Source: Antedon mediterranea (lineage: Eukaryota; Animalia; Echinodermata). Taken from it: DNA of 64,000 nt. The notes under the pieces were generated by a model, which worked only from the letters and a program-made list of their open reading frames with translations, did not search any database and was not told the origin of the DNA. Where the stretch lies: assembly GCF_964355755.1 (NCBI RefSeq), contig NC_092679.1:14181432-14245431 (forward strand), written 5' to 3'. Within the stretch, counting starts at the first letter, position 1, and every line of letters starts with the position of its first letter. Made by a program: the position numbers and the translations under genes. This document shows, one piece after another, positions 44,401 to 55,327 of the stretch.

Positions 44401-47400
44401 TGAACTAACATGTTCCTGGTTTTTCAATTGTTTACATTACATGGAAAATTAAATTTTTCGGCAGTAACAATTTTGGAAATACCCTTTTAAATACATTAAT
44501 ACTATAATATTCAAATAAGAATTTAATATTCATATTATATTATACTGTACTTCATTTTAAAAAAAATGTTGAGATACTGTTACTATATTAACAGTATATA
44601 ATTAATTTAATATACCTACAAATGGTGTAAATGAGCAATATAGTTACTTGTGTGGAATATACAGTAGAACTCAAGAGTAGGCCTACGTGAGGCGACATGC
44701 ATTTTCTACCCTGTCTAACATGGCCCCTCATCCGATAAACTTCCCAGCATGAGAGAAGAATAACAAGAATACTTGCCAGGTTGACTCATGTGTATATTAT
44801 AAAGCCTAGATGCATAGTTGATCTTAGCTTGAAGACATTCAGTTTATGCCTTTAGGGACCACCAATAATAAACCAGAACACTGTCTATTCTACCAACATT
44901 TTGGAAGAATATTTAAGTGTACTCTTTAAGTCTTATGTTTTATCTCTTGTTCTTGTAATATGTAGTATATTTTTGTTTATATTCAACATAGTCTATGAGA
45001 ATCAAATTAAGAGGAGGGATTGACTGTGCCACAACTTTAGAGTGGGTGGCAAGATTTTTAAATTAAACAGAGCTACTGTAGGGTGAAAAACACAGAGAAT
45101 GGTAAATTATGTAGTGCAACGTTGGTTAAACTACAATAAATACAGGTTTTTTGTTAAAGCATACACAGTGACTTTAGCTATTTTGGTTTGGGCTACTTTT
45201 TAGGTCCGGCATAGACAGGCAGTAGATTTGAGAATTTCTGCATAATAAAATCTTCCATATATATTATATTACACAAATCCTTTGATCCTTAAAAAAAATC
45301 TAGTAATAATAATATCTTAACCTAAAGTTCTATTGTTTCTAGCGCCAATGCTTTGATGGGAAATACACACAATACATTTGCCCTTGCTCAAACTATTCTT
45401 GTCCAGGAGAAAAGCAATGCAAATTTGCCCATTCTAACTACACAGTTTATAGTTAGTTACGTATGCTAGAGTATAGTAATTATTCTTTGTTGAGAAAAGA
45501 TTCAATATTAATTCTGCTGAATTCAAGGCCAGGTGTAAGAGGTTAGTAGCACATCTATCCATTAGTACTGATGACAATGGATCTATTCTTTTGATGAGTT
45601 GAAATTGCCTGAAGTACAAAATGAATGCAATATGTAGACCCAAGGCATATTAAGAGATTTGTCAATTAGAAGATGACCAAGGTGAAGATCTAGTGTGAAA
45701 TGATAAAATTTAAATCTACAAAAAAATTAAAGTACTGTATTATCAAATTAGTGTGTAAATATAAATTACAAAAATAAAACATTATTTATCTTTTGAAGTT
45801 TTATGCTTCATAAAAAAAACAATATAGAAAGGTTGTTACACAATGGATGAGTTGGTTTTTAATTGTTATTATACTGCTGTGTAAAAAATATCTAATCAAA
45901 TCAACACTACAGCGTTTTAAAGCTTATTTAGGGTATATTTACACAACCATTTAAATAAATGATGGCTAATAGTAATACTGTATTTTAATAACTGTGAATT
46001 CACACTGCAAGTTAAAACTAGTGTGTTCATTCATACTACTCCTATTAGTATCTGGTAATGTTTAAAAAAGTAAGTAAATGTTGAGTCAGTATTTTGTGGG
46101 TTTGGCCAAAATTCAAATTCAAATCAGGTGAAAATTTTTAATTAACATTTTAAATTAAAATATAAACTGTACACTTTGCTGTAATGAAATATATATCAAA
46201 ATCACAAAGTTATCTATATAAATTGATCATGTATGACATGCTAAAAGCGTCAAATCTATTCATGCATAAAGCAATTGACAATTACATGATAATGCTTAAT
46301 GATCCGAATAATAATACTTGGAATTTGTGCATATGTATGTTACGAAGCAGTAATTAAATAAAATGTTTAAAAATTATAAACAAAAATGTATTAATTCAAA
46401 ATTGTACTGTTTCATTTTTTTAATTTCCACTACATTAATTGATGATCTGCGAAGTATACATTAATTTTACTGTTTAAAGAGTAAAATTATTTATATGCCT
46501 AAAGTCAATAACATTTTTAACTCTTTTTTATTGTAAGTGGTATTGGTAAGTGAAAAAAGTCATGTTGAAAAAGGTGTGTAAAGTACAGTAAAAAATATAG
46601 TCTGTCAATCAATTTGCTCAAAATATTTGGGAAAATCTTTGGAAAACTACAGTCAGTACATTGATATATTTTAAATTATACGTGCAAAACACAGTAAAAA
46701 AATATATAATTTGTCTTTCAATCTTCTTAAAATATGTCGGAAATTCTTTGAAGTGTTTTTGGCAACTTTATTGATATATTTTAAACTATCAACAATCAAT
46801 AAAGATTCAACAAGAGATGTGACAGGTGATATAAACTACACTATTCTTGTGTGCTTACAAAACCTCCTTGTCTTGCAACTCGCAATGCTATTGTTGAACA
46901 ATGACAACTTGCAGACCTTCATCAAGATTATGCCTGATATCATACAAAAAAACTAATTGATATTGCACTATGTTCATCATCTTCAAACGCTATGTGTTTA
47001 TTCTATACTTAATAAAACCCACGCAAAGATTCCTTGCATTATACTTGGTAAATAATGACAGACAATGTGCAAATTCCTCAACACTGTCATGTTTAACAAT
47101 AAAAGTTTATCAGTGTCTATAAATAATAGAAATGTAATGTAGGCCCTGTTTAGACCATGGCGTTAGACCGAAATTTTGCTTTACTATATTGTTTAAAATA
47201 AATGCTGAGGTCTGTTTTATTTACGGCAAATTTTGCATAATTGTAGGCTGAGATCTAGGCCTATACAGTGGAAATAATGATGAAAACATGTGGGTAAAAG
47301 CACATGAATATGCAACTAGAAACAACCTAAATGACGCACTTCCGTTGTAATGATAATTGTACGCTATGGGTCTGAACACCTCATTTTTTTCTCTGCGGTT

Positions 47401-50400
47401 TGTAATGTGACCTTGCTAGTAACGTTGTACGCTAAAACGATCTAACGCCATGGGTCTGAACATGGCCATAGAATCTACGAAATATATGTTGAAAAACATG
47501 CAATGGTACATTCATAGAGTCAACAAAATAAATAATTCATTGAAAGAATTCTGGCTCAACTGTACTTAATTAAGGGCATGTTTATGCTGCATGGTGCCGA
47601 ATAAACCTAATAAAATTATATTTTGAAGCAGGATATAAGTTGTATTGAGAAAGGCACAGCAATGGTCCTTTGTTTGGCATTCACTGCTCCTGACAATCTT
47701 GTATGTGCATAGATTATACTGTTGTGTTACCTACTATGTGTACATCATCAATAGAGAAGAAACAAACATGCTAAAGGCTAGATATTTACTTTTACTTTTA
47801 CTTTTCACTACCATACCTTACTCTGACTATTTTCAATGTTAAAAATTACAATTACCAACACATATTACCAACACATATTACCAACACATATTAGCTAGCT
47901 TCTAATTTTCAACTATGACTGGCAACAATATGAAAAGCGAATTACTAGTTTACTAGCTAGTGTGAATTTCGAGCCCTGACTTTGTGGTATGCAAGAAATC
48001 TTGTATTGTATTTGAGGAACACCAAAGGAAGTACAGACAAGTAAAGGAATGTAAAGTGTTTCTTCAACAACAGGTCCTTACTGCAAAGAAGATTGAAATG
48101 TTAGGCATTCCAAATCTTTCAAATACCAGGCAATCTGAACTAGAAATAGGAAGGGTCTACCATCACATCAAACATCTTCTAGAGCCCAAGATACAGTATT
48201 ATAGCCTACAGTTACCATGCCTCCTCCTTTTTTTTATTGACACCATTTAAAACCATTTGTATTGTTTTGATACAGAAGCTAGATTTATAGATTGTGGAAG
48301 AGGTAAAACATAAAAGGAAAGCCAAGTAAAGATGTATTTTCTTGTGGAATACCCTATACCTATTTGGGCCACCTCTCCCCTTTTTTCCTTTATCTGCCCT
48401 ATTGGAGTGATGCAATTGTATTGCACAGAATTTCTAAGGCTTTTACCAGTTTATGTACAGTACTGTAATACTGTAGTAGCCAGGTACTGTAGTTACCATT
48501 GTAAATTCGAAATACTGTAATGTTTAATAAAAATTGGGATATCAGGAGATCATCATAAAATTACTGTAGGTAGACTTCGGAAAGTTAGGAATTCTGTCTG
48601 AAATACAGTACCGTATATCCTGATTCTTTATAATACTGTACTGTACATACAGTACAACCACCCCTGCTTTTTATGAAAATATTTTGAATTGAGTATTAAC
48701 CAATATAACCAATATAATAGTCAGATTTTATGTCAATGAATAATAGAAATTAGTCCTATTTACTCGGTGGTCACAAATGACAAAAAGTGAATACCAAATT
48801 ACTTGTTATGCACTGATGAACCCGTTGTGTCATTTTCTAAATAACACCGTAAAATTAAAGGGTAAACATTTTATTGCAACAAAAAGTAGTATTTAGCCAA
48901 ATATGGTATTTTTACCTTAAAAACGGTATACGTACAGTAGTAGGTTTTGTTATGTGGAATACTAATGTATTTTGCCCTTTTGTATGAGAACGTTTTTGTA
49001 AAGTAATGCAATGTGTTTTGAGCCAGTGATAGTATTGTAGTTACAAATTGTACAAAAACTAATAATATTAAAACCAGTTGGGATGATCGAGACTGAAATA
49101 AATTTGGGTTTTTAACACCTTATCTAACTTATATTTTGTGGGTGTTTTTATTTTTAAAGAAACTTGTGTTATTTCTAAATAAATCCATGTTAATTTTTCT
49201 CAGTAGAAACGGGCCCTAAGTTTTAATGGAATGTGGTGTATGCATGTGGAAATATATTGGTCATTTAGATCTGTCTGAAAGGAGCCTAATTGTTACATTC
49301 TTAGGAAATCCCAATATCAATATACAAGTAGGTTCTTGTACAGTATCATAACCACAAACCACAACTATGTTTAGCTTTCAACTACACAGGTAAGATCACA
49401 GGGTTTACAGCCGAAACGGCCGCCGACTGAAACGGCCGTCAATTAAAACACAGTTGAATGTATAAAACGCCGCGTGTGCCGTTTGTCATACAACGTGTAA
49501 TCAAAACGACGTGTGGTTTAATACAATTGTTTTACTTTTTTTTCCGATTGAAATGACTTTAGACGTATGTGACTTAATAAATATTAACAGATAGATGTTT
49601 TTAATTATTATTATTTTTATTTTACATTACATTAAAGAAGATGTATTGTCCCTTTGTCAAATTCCAAAAAAAATAAAAATAAAAAGATTTCGAAAAAAAG
49701 TGGCTCATTTTGAAGTATCATAATAGTTCAATTCAATTCAATTCAAAGTAACATTTATTTTCTTCAAAATAAAACAGTCAACAAAATGGTGTAAAGAAAG
49801 GTAATATGATTGAAGAAGGCATGATCAAAAAAGCAAAAAGCTTGTGACAGACATGCCTAAACAAAGATTAGGTAAAAACAACACGGAAAAAGAAAATAAA
49901 TAAATAAATAAATAAAATTTAAAAAATAAAGAAATAACAATATAAAAAATTTACATAACATGGGTTAAACTAAATAAGTAAAATAACAACAACAAAAAAC
50001 AATTTTGGTATAAATAAAGAATTGATTCGTCTTCTTCTTGTTACTCATCATTAAAATTATTATCATAAAATGTAATATAATAAAAATTAATACTTGGATG
50101 TGATATATCTTTTAAGTTTAAATGAAAAGCTTTTCTTAGATACAGCAACTTTAAAGACCCCTTCCCTGCAATTTTGGACGTTTTTTGGAAAATAATACAT
50201 ATATATCACTTTAAAAACATTAAACCATGTCATTCCTTGTCTTAAATGTACGTTTTATGGTAAATTATGATAAAAAGTGAGAAACAATGCACTACCTAAG
50301 TAGCTCGCGGCGATCGACCTCTCGTGGACGGTCTTAGGCCTAGCCTAGCTAGGCTTAGTTTTGTAGGCCTAGCTGGTAAACATCGATAACGTACGAACAT

Positions 50401-52342
50401 CGTACGCTAGCTATATACCTAGCCTGACGTTGTATAGTTGCTGCATTTATTGTCTTTCTATTTTTGCCAGACTCTGTTGATACAAATTGGGGAAACCCCG
50501 GTATTTTCGCTGAAAAGTTAGGAGTCTTCCATTTGTTTTGGCTTCACGATCGATCGAAAAGTTGGCGAATTACAGGTGAAAAACAAAAATATCAATCCGC
50601 GCGCAATGCATTTTGGGATTTATAGCGGGCCGCTATAATTATTAGAATCGATTTATTTTTCACATTTTTAACCGTTTAAAGACGAAAAAAGTTATCGCAA
50701 TAGGACCATATAATATTATTTTTACATTAAATATAGTTTGTGATCTTAAATTAGATCAAAAAAACGTAGGGAATGGGGCTTTAATATTTGAAGGTAGTTT
50801 ATTCCATAGTTTATTCCATAGTTATTAACTTTCACCAAAAATTAGTCGAAAAAAAAATCATTTAACTGAAATACAGACGTTTTTTTGTTCAAAAAATAAC
50901 TTTGACTTCCAGTCAAAGTTTTCGATCAAAACATATCTCATAATGCAATGCGCTTATTTGGCTACTCTGTATGCATAATCATAAAACTTCCTCGCGATCT
51001 GTGTGAAAACACCTTCTCAACCATGACGAGTTGTAAACAATCCTAATTAGCATCATGCATAATGCGTACTCATGGTTTGAAATCTTTGTTTACATTCGCT
51101 CGCGACTATTTTTCAGACGAAATGTAATCAAATTACTTTAGCTGTTAATTACGTAAAATTGTTGTTTTTGGCTCGAATTTTTTACTTAAAGTGAATAACT
51201 TTAATATTACTTTGATATAGCCAATTAAAATTTAGTATATTTTGACCTTCATTTTTTTGTTTTTCAAGGGACAATACATCTTTAAATATATTATTAAAAG
51301 CGGCCGCCGACTGTTTTGCCTATTTCAACTTCAATAATTGATACAATATTTGTTGAATACGTTAAATAAATTTAGAATGGTGAATTACTATAATAAACAT
51401 TATTTTAATAAAAACTTAACCAAAAAATATGTTTTCATAGGCTTTACTGTACGTTTATAATACTGCATTGGCTTGTTGAAGCTTCGGCGGTATTGGCATC
51501 CCATAGAAAATGTTGGCGGCCGTTTCAGTCGGCGGCCGTTTCGGTCACTCACCGATCACAGACCTACTGTATCTAGCCTTATATAACCATGGAGATAGAT
51601 TCCATGCTATAAAACTTGGCACTTGGTATACAGTTAGTAAAGTACCTACTGTTCAACATTAATTTAGAATTTAAAATATAATGGCAGATCCAAGAAAATT
51701 AAATACAACAGATAGGACTTGCGTTACTACTTTAGTTAGGCCTTGTCTCCCTACAGTAATAAAGTTTATTCAGGTCAAACTGTTTTGGGCGGTTTGGGTG
51801 TGGTTCAATTACTCAGTTAAGTGTTGCATTTTTATGCCCTGGCTGGGCCCTGTCTGTCTATTTGAAAAACCTGGATCCATCCACCCATGTGATACTATTT
51901 TGTCATAATTGCTTTGGGAAGATACCATTAATTTGTATCCACGATTTATAACGCACAGAGCCTTTTGTGTCTGGCTATAGTGTAGTAATAGCGTAATTGC
52001 CATGGTAATAATAAACTTACCTGTACAGACACCAGCTCTGTTATCGACATCAAGTGGCAGGACATCTCCGATATTTTGCTCAACTTTACAATCTAACCCA
52101 TATTCGCAAACACCATATATTCCCCATACACCGCCACATTTCTCCCCTTCAACTTTAGCACAAACGAAACAACAATCACATTCATCAAGAACCACGTCCC
52201 CTTTGCAGAAGGGCTGCACACATTCTTGTGGTGAGCAGGTCTCACAGTCCCGTACCTGCAGCCCAGAAGTTAGCTCCGATACCAGGCTTAAACAGATGGC
52301 CAACAAAACAAAATCGAAACTGTAAATCTCCTTGTAATACAT
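8057..52342 (-). CDS. CRIM1: Cysteine-rich motor neuron 1-like protein, whole span (14 coding exons, ~2805 nt CDS, ~934 aa)
   Basis: Exons join at GT-AG sites with consistent phases. Domain order is SP-IGFBP-Cys repeats-VWC-antistasin-VWC x4-TM. Motifs ESWHDGCRECYC, VEGETWNI, PVLRKGQCCP and cytoplasmic RFSGYYS match vertebrate CRIM1 as I recall it. Confidence 0.93.
8779..8841 (-). CDS. CRIM1: CRIM1 63-nt stalk exon (GPTRKTMDSGRPQEPFKMFTE)
   Basis: Acceptor ttttcacaatag, donor G|gtaaac, phase 1-1, open frame. Confidence 0.7.
9578..9625 (-). CDS. CRIM1: CRIM1 48-nt stalk exon (RDNHQDIPSVTKLDSP)
   Basis: Acceptor ttcttttctccacag, donor G|gtaatt, phase 1-1, open frame. Confidence 0.7.
10493..10678 (-). 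CDS. CRIM1: CRIM1 exon: VWC6
   Basis: CEYGGALYSEGQHWTTDSCTLCVC...PGQCCPSC; tttaacag / gtgagt; 186 nt. Confidence 0.92.
11095..11304 (-). CDS. CRIM1: CRIM1 exon: VWC5 (alternative in-frame acceptor would start at 11298)
   Basis: WKKDDCTSCKC...PVLRKGQCCPSCLE; tandem acceptors cacag|ttgtag|; donor gtcagt. Confidence 0.9.
11752..11964 (-). CDS. CRIM1: CRIM1 exon: VWC4
   Basis: VCHSSNGHYYVEGETWNINMCTNCVCHDGHVLC...DCCPHCP; gttatag / gtaatc; 213 nt. Confidence 0.92.
12822..13031 (-). CDS. CRIM1: CRIM1 exon: VWC3
   Basis: ESWHDGCRECYCHSGQEMCSLITC...GECCPTCP; tgtcag / gtatga; 210 nt. Confidence 0.92.
13401..13700 (-). CDS. CRIM1: CRIM1 exon: three antistasin-like repeats
   Basis: CPFGFSKDDNGCPQCHC, CIYGFQEDRWGCPRCKC, CTNGFKKNDRGCNICRC; tttcag / gtaatt; 300 nt. 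Confidence 0.92.
16384..16713 (-). CDS. CRIM1: CRIM1 exon: half VWC1 + VWC2
   Basis: GCVYKEISYDHGEMWHPEICRMCEC...HGDEWDHDDCTTCRC...VPGICCPVCD; gtattag / gtaatt; 330 nt. Confidence 0.9.
18447..18568 (-). CDS. CRIM1: CRIM1 exon: second Cys-rich repeat, C-half (absent from ORF track)
   Basis: SCECALELCVTPTCDPDYELRLIAEGLSDPENCCPVYKCIS; ttctgtag / gtaagt; phase 2 to 1 complements the previous exon. Confidence 0.9.
18874..18982 (-). CDS. CRIM1: CRIM1 exon: second Cys-rich repeat, N-half
   Basis: DCSNVECPP...DDGCCRLPN; ctcttcag / gtaagc; phase 1 to 2. Confidence 0.9.
20194..20445 (-). CDS. CRIM1: CRIM1 exon: first CRIM-type Cys-rich repeat
   Basis: DCTNIKC...CPNDSV...ECCAATPTCRCDPSMC...GDGRPGTCCDNYQC; tttacag / gtgagt; 252 nt. 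Confidence 0.9.
22488..22589. repeat. Tandem duplication, 2 x ~52 bp
   Basis: ATGTGAACAGGGCACTGTTCAACCATTACAACTGTACATGATGTATTAAT twice. Confidence 0.9.
28441..28624. repeat. Tandem duplication, 2 x ~92 bp
   Basis: TGCTACAGTTGCTATAGTTTTATTGGGAG...AATAAACAATATTA repeated almost exactly. Confidence 0.9.
28800..29340 (-). mobile_element. 5'-truncated LINE (Rex-Babar/CR1-group) ORF2 C-terminus and 3' tail
   Basis: SVWSYCITAWGG...HSLF...SRYR..SRTEQYLLSFLPQAIKLFN resembles post-RT C-termini of this group; AATAAA followed by TTGAATCTTTGAAATCTT tail. Confidence 0.8.
32662..32900. repeat. Diverged direct duplication, ~160-bp period
   Basis: AAGTACACTTG(G/A)GATTTACTACCTTACAGT...ATTACAATTAAATGAATTG twice. 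Confidence 0.8.
33157..33181. mobile_element. Palindromic TIR remnant, putative P-element excision footprint
   Basis: ATTATAT-CATGGAGAAATATTATTTCTCCATG-ATTATAC (TSD 6/7). Confidence 0.65.
34089..34142 (-). CDS. CRIM1: CRIM1 putative 54-nt exon 2 (GSPNPTDSVPPPALFDSS linker)
   Basis: Acceptor tattttacag, donor G|gtatgt, phase 1-1, open frame, GC-richer than flanks. Confidence 0.65.
38317..38970. mobile_element. PIF/Harbinger-type MITE
   Basis: TIR GACCCCATTTACACTT / AAGTGTAAATGGGGTC; TTA TSD; internal GGCCGGCC repeats. Confidence 0.85.
40808..42124. mobile_element. Non-autonomous TIR element with 5-bp TSD (hAT5-like)
   Basis: Left CAGGGGCGGATCCAG; right end reverse complement CAGTGGCGGATCTAG; ATCTT on both sides; CpG-rich relative to the intron. 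Confidence 0.85.
47142..47467. mobile_element. Degenerate Harbinger-type MITE
   Basis: GGCCCTGTTTAGACCATGGCGTTAGA versus right end reverse complement GGCCATGTTCAGACCCATGGCGTTAGA; flanks gta/ata. Confidence 0.7.
49636..51281. mobile_element. Kolobok-like TTAA-flanked element (nested, level 2)
   Basis: TTAA-AG(AAG)ATGTATTGTCCCTT ... AAGGGACAATACATCT-TTAA. Confidence 0.7.
50155..50780. mobile_element. Kolobok-like TTAA-flanked element (nested, level 3)
   Basis: TTAA-AGACCCCTTCCCTGC ... GTAGGGAATGGGGCT-TTAA; imperfect TIR. Confidence 0.65.
52021..52342 (-). CDS. CRIM1: CRIM1 exon 1: signal peptide + IGFBP domain
   Basis: MYYKEIYSFDFVLLAICLSLVSELTSG...DECDCCFVCAKVEGEKCGGVWGIYGVC...GVCT; donor G|gtaagt; phase 1. 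Confidence 0.9.
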
Positions 52343-52808
52343 CGTGATTGTCAATCTCGTAAAATTACACAATAATCCATAAATTGCGAAACTTTCCCTC
52401 AAGTAACGGAATCTGTAGAAATTGACAACTTCACGCCTCAATGCTATGGAATAGGCCGACACGCATGCATAAGAAATTCTCTACTTGTCCCGTCAAACGT
52501 GATTTTACCAGGTGTGAATAAAAAGCTCAATGAATACAGCGAATCAAACAAAGACACTGAAAAATGAAACTTTAATAAGTGACATTATGTTACTTGGCAA
52601 CAGTCTCTATCGAAATGATTTGATATAATCCTAATCGTCAAGTTTATATTCCTAAATCAAGGTTCTTCTGGCAAAACGATCGAACTTATTTACATCATGA
52701 AGGCACGCGATATGAAAATCAAGAATGTCAAAGCTCACCGGTATCAACATCTCGTTAGTACAGCCCCCTTTTACAATAAAGAACGTGACACATTCTCTGA
52801 CAAATCTG

Positions 52809-52845
52809 ATTGGCTAAAATGTGTCTGCTTAAGAATTATGATTGG
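52809..52845 (-). promoter_or_regulatory. Two CCAAT boxes 32 bp apart upstream of CRIM1
   Basis: ATTGG at 52809 and 52841 (both in TGATTGG context), ~470 bp upstream of the ATG; spacing typical of paired NF-Y sites. Confidence 0.4.
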
Positions 52846-53129
52846 ATATAAGTCGGCTACGATCATTCATTAAGCAATGTCTTCAATCAATCAAAGATGA
52901 GATATCGCTCTTCTATCGAATTTTATTCATCCCTCTTTTTGTTTCTTTTTACCATTTTTCTTATTAATATTTAGTTTCATTTAAATTGTAATCTGTATTT
53001 AATTAAGAAAAACGTATTGTTTAAAATTCGTTTTGTAATTTTACCAAAATATAGACTCGATCCGCATTCGGTGTTCTTCAGTACAATCAATGTATATTTT
53101 AGACCTAATGACGCAATGCTATGTAACTG

Positions 53130-53156
53130 CATGGAGAAATAACTTATTTCTCCATG
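53130..53156. mobile_element. Palindromic TIR remnant, putative P-element excision footprint
   Basis: GTAACTG-CATGGAGAAATAACTTATTTCTCCATG-GTAACTG. Confidence 0.7.
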
Positions 53157-53542
53157 GTAACTGAAAGGTAGGCCTTATTCTTACAAAATATAACTCATTT
53201 AATAAAACTCCTTATCCTCTTCCCTTGATGCGTCAATCATTCCCATCATTCATTATGTCTATGATGCCTCGGATTAGCCATACCTATGGAAAAGCCCCGT
53301 TGTCTAAAAGCGTGATAGAGTGTCTCATGAACATTTTTTCTCCATGTATCTGCACATTTTTAATAGGAAAAATCGAATCATTGGGGCGACCCTCACAGAG
53401 TCTGATGCTAAGCAGCTTTGCACATAAAAGCTGAAAGAAAGCAATACGAAAACACGCAAAATAAATAAAGAAAAGACACAATAAAAAAAATACATAGACC
53501 TTCATGTTAAAATTACAAAAATAATTTTAATTTAATATCAAA

Positions 53543-53948
53543 CCATTCATTACTTTTGTAATGTGTCGATAAAAAGGTAATCGTGTATGAGGGCGCAATT
53601 CAAATTTAATTGCTTATCAAAGAATAAGTATTTAAGTTAAAGACTTAACTACGAATCAATCGGTTATAAGAAGCGCTTCAAAATGTAGTTGTTTCTTTAT
53701 TTTCGTATTAGTATGTAGGCTTATTAAACGCACTTTTACCATTCATTAAACTTTTGTAATTATGATTAAACAAATTGCCGATAAAAAAAGTAATCGTGTA
53801 TGAGGGCGCAATTCAAATTTAATTGCTTATCAAAGAATAAGTATTTCAGTAAAGACTTAACTACGAATCGGTTATAAGAAGCGCTTTAAAATGTAGTTAT
53901 TTTTTAAAATTTTGGTATTAGTATGTAAGGTTATTGAACGCACTTTTA
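53543..53948. repeat. Tandem duplication, 2 x ~200 bp, between the CRIM1 and ZDHHC starts
   Basis: GTAATCGTGTATGAGGGCGCAATTCAAATTTAATTGCTTATCAAAGAATAAG...AACGCACTTTTA twice. Confidence 0.85.
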
Positions 53949-54477
53949 TTTTAATTTAAATGTTAACCGGCATGGACCACCCTCGTTAATTATTGTTGAA
54001 ATAGATAAATAAATAATTTTCCATCCATTTGTTATTTAAATAAATAAAATTGAATGTATAGGAGGCCATACGCCTCCCATCACGTATGACAGTTTAGAAA
54101 GTAACAGTGTTCTTTACGCAAAAAAGAAAAAGATCACTTATATATCGAGTTTGTTTGAGTAATGTTACAATATTTTGTACATAGCACACTCAAAATTATG
54201 ATATATTATATCATATGACAGCCAAACATGACGTGGTACGTGCACGTAGATTTCTTTCACCAGCTATGCGACAGGATTTTTTTTTTATCATTATTTACTT
54301 ATTTTAAAAATGTTTTTAAACCATATCACACCCCCCCCCCCCCCAAAAAAAAACGATCCTCAAATAATCGCCTCCCTCGAATAAAAAGGGCGTTTGTTCG
54401 AATATTAAATAATTCCCAATGATTTTATAAACAATTTTGTTTGCGCCCTCTAGGGGGAGTAAACTACATTGTTCCAC

Positions 54478-54800
54478 CAAAGAACTTATAACACAAGAAT
54501 CTCCTGTTCGTCCGAAGCGCGTAACAATTTCGAAAGGCATTGTGGGATAGAATAGAGCTATGGGTGGCGCCATTGTGAGCCATGGAGTAGGGCGCCCGCA
54601 TCAAATTAGAAAGTCAAAATCATAGAGGGGATCTGCTAATACTCTAGAGGGGTAGAGTAATTGACTTCCTAGTTTGGAGGGGGCGCTGCTCCATGCTGTG
54701 AAATGGCGTCGCCCAGTTTGACCTTTTAACCCTGTACTTCCGATACTGTGTTTTGAATGCAAATTGAAGAACAGGAGATTCTTGTGTTATAAGTTCTTTG
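54478..54800. mobile_element. P-superfamily-like MITE with perfect 32-bp TIR and 7-bp TSD
   Basis: CAAAGAACTTATAACACAAGAATCTCCTGTTC exactly inverted at the right end; GTTCCAC at 54471-77 and 54801-07. Confidence 0.88.
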
Positions 54801-55327
54801 GTTCCACCCATTTGTTTTTACACGAATCGGTCTATTTGTTTTGGTCTGCTTGCTGCGGGATCACAGAGAGGGCCTAACTAGAGCCTTAAAAATTCCCCTG
54901 TTTTGTTAACAAATAAAATATCAGTTCACCTTAGTTAGGCCTAAAGTAAGTAATGCATACCCTTAGTTTAGTTACTAATATTAGCATTATTAACATTCGT
55001 TAACTTACTAGGATAAATGCCCAACTAGACCAGTGGCAGGGAGGGTAGGCCTAGCCTAGGCTAGGCGGAACTAGCGCCGGCTAGGCTAAGCCTAGCCTAG
55101 ATAGACTAGCCTAGTAGGTCCCTAGGCCCTAGCCCTAGAGTAACTAGGCCTATATAGCCTAGTACTAGTAGGCCTAGCTAGGGGCCAGGGATAGGCTTTA
55201 GTAGAAGGCATACTCTAGCCCCGGTGACTACTACTAGGCCATACATAGCCTCTTTAGGCTAGAATTGTATGTTTTTTTTACAATTACGACAAATAAGTGT
55301 GTCTGTCATACATTGGATCATCGAGAG

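Larger units (their letters stand above)
49402..51553. mobile_element. TIR element with 8-bp TSD and GG...CC ends (Merlin- or Mutator-like), host of nested insertions
   Basis: CCGAAACGGCCGCCGACTGAAACGGCCG inverted at both ends; GATCACAG at 49394-401 and 51554-61. Confidence 0.85.

Noticed and set aside
52343-52462. N-terminal extension of CRIM1 in the ORF track
   Set aside because: It starts at GTG. The first ATG at 52342 directly precedes a signal peptide. The ORF tail below 52021 is intron read-through.
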